Shown: positions 63,210-64,000 of the stretch, piece by piece
Position numbering within the stretch: the first letter of the stretch is position 1
Layout: each line of letters opens with the position of its first letter
Assembly (NCBI RefSeq): GCF_036365525.1
Contig: NC_090371.1
Span: forward strand, 41,865,200 to 41,929,199
Source: Heterodontus francisci
Lineage: Eukaryota
Direction of reading: 5' to 3'
Length of the DNA: 64,000 nucleotides
Translations under genes and position numbers: made by a program
Notes under the pieces: generated by a model
What the model saw: the letters and a program-made list of their open reading frames with translations, nothing else
Told to the model about the DNA's origin: nothing
The model's database searches: none

Positions 63210-63431
63210 CTGGCGGGCAGCCATAAAGGCGGGTTTAAAGCGTGGCGAGTCAAAGAAACTTAGCAGTTGGCAGGAAAAAAGACAGAAGCGCAAGGAGAGC
63301 GCCAACTGTGTAACAGCCCCGACAACCAATTTTATCTGCAGCACCTGTGGAAGAGTCGGTCACTCTAGAATTGGCCTTTATAGCCACTCCAGGCGCTTAC
63401 CCATTGTCTCCCGAGACAAGGAGGCCAAAGA
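63210..63431 (+). mobile_element. Short RTE 3'-end insertion with perfect 22-bp TSD
   Basis: ATCCACTAATTGACCCTTTGAG at 63188-63209 and 63432-63453; encodes FICSTCGRVGHSRIGLYSHSR; same 3' end as 25690-25940. Confidence 0.95.
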
Positions 63432-64000
63432 ATCCACTAATTGACCCTTTGAGTACATCTCCTTCAGAGTCCTCAAGGCACCCATATCATTCTTCCTGGC
63501 CTCCCCATTCTGAGTTTTAGATGTTTATTTCCAGCTTCAAAAGAGCAAGACATAGGTCTGCCTTTGCTTTCGATTCCATTCACAGCCCAGCCCTCCTCTT
63601 CACCCCATCAGTAACCAATCAAATGTCTGGTTTTCCAGCTGGGTTCATTCTCAGAACTCCACAGCCTGCAACAGTGAACTAAGGGTTGTGCAAATCTACT
63701 AGAAATGCCACTGGAGATCCACTGGTATTGATCTTTTCTTAAAAAAACAATTCCATAGACAATATTAAAGCTCTATTAATTCCCCTTTACAGTATAGAGT
63801 TTCTAAACCCAATAACCTCCAAGTAGTTTGCTGTTAATTTGGCCTGTATGGGAAGTGTGGCCAGACTGGTAAAGAAATACGACAAACACTGGTATGGGAA
63901 ATGCCCTCACCCCAAAGCTTCAAATTCTGAAAAGTTGTCAACGAACCCAGTTTCTTTAGTTTTAATGAAGACCTCTAGTTTTGCTGAGCCAACATCGAGC

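Noticed and set aside
38950-64000. Upstream FAM53A coding exons
   Set aside because: I found no minus-strand ORF with FAM53 motifs (RSRSQPC, RPSLDF.KM), so they presumably lie beyond the window. Very small exons cannot be excluded by eye.
1-64000. CRISPR arrays, prokaryotic operons or defence systems
   Set aside because: The DNA is vertebrate and repeat-rich; there are no regularly spaced repeat-spacer arrays or dense gene packing.

Overview
Vertebrate genomic DNA, almost certainly from a cartilaginous fish (shark or ray): it carries HE1/V-SINEs, SacSINE1-like DeuSINEs and many CR1 (HER1-like) LINEs. The only host coding sequence I can support is the terminal exon of FAM53A on the minus strand (38047-37712), with a 3' UTR and a poly(A) signal at about 37021. 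Everything from 38048 to 64000 is therefore probably its last intron, which has TE-poor blocks that may be regulatory. Positions 1-31.5 kb are a deeply nested pile of decayed retroelements: CR1, L2, RTE, SINEs, solo LTRs and Penelope-like hairpins. The most interesting object is a roughly 3.2 kb CR1-clade LINE (10705-13903, minus strand). It has no ORF1 and starts with a tRNA-derived head carrying A and B boxes. By manual scan its sense strand has no TTTT (the Pol III terminator) between head and tail. A second, truncated copy shows the same avoidance, and a 0.4 kb SINE in the window is exactly its 5' and 3' ends joined. I infer a candidate RNA-polymerase-III-transcribed, protein-coding autonomous retrotransposon with its own internal-deletion SINE. 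Coordinates were read by eye and may be off by a few bases; no database searches were run.
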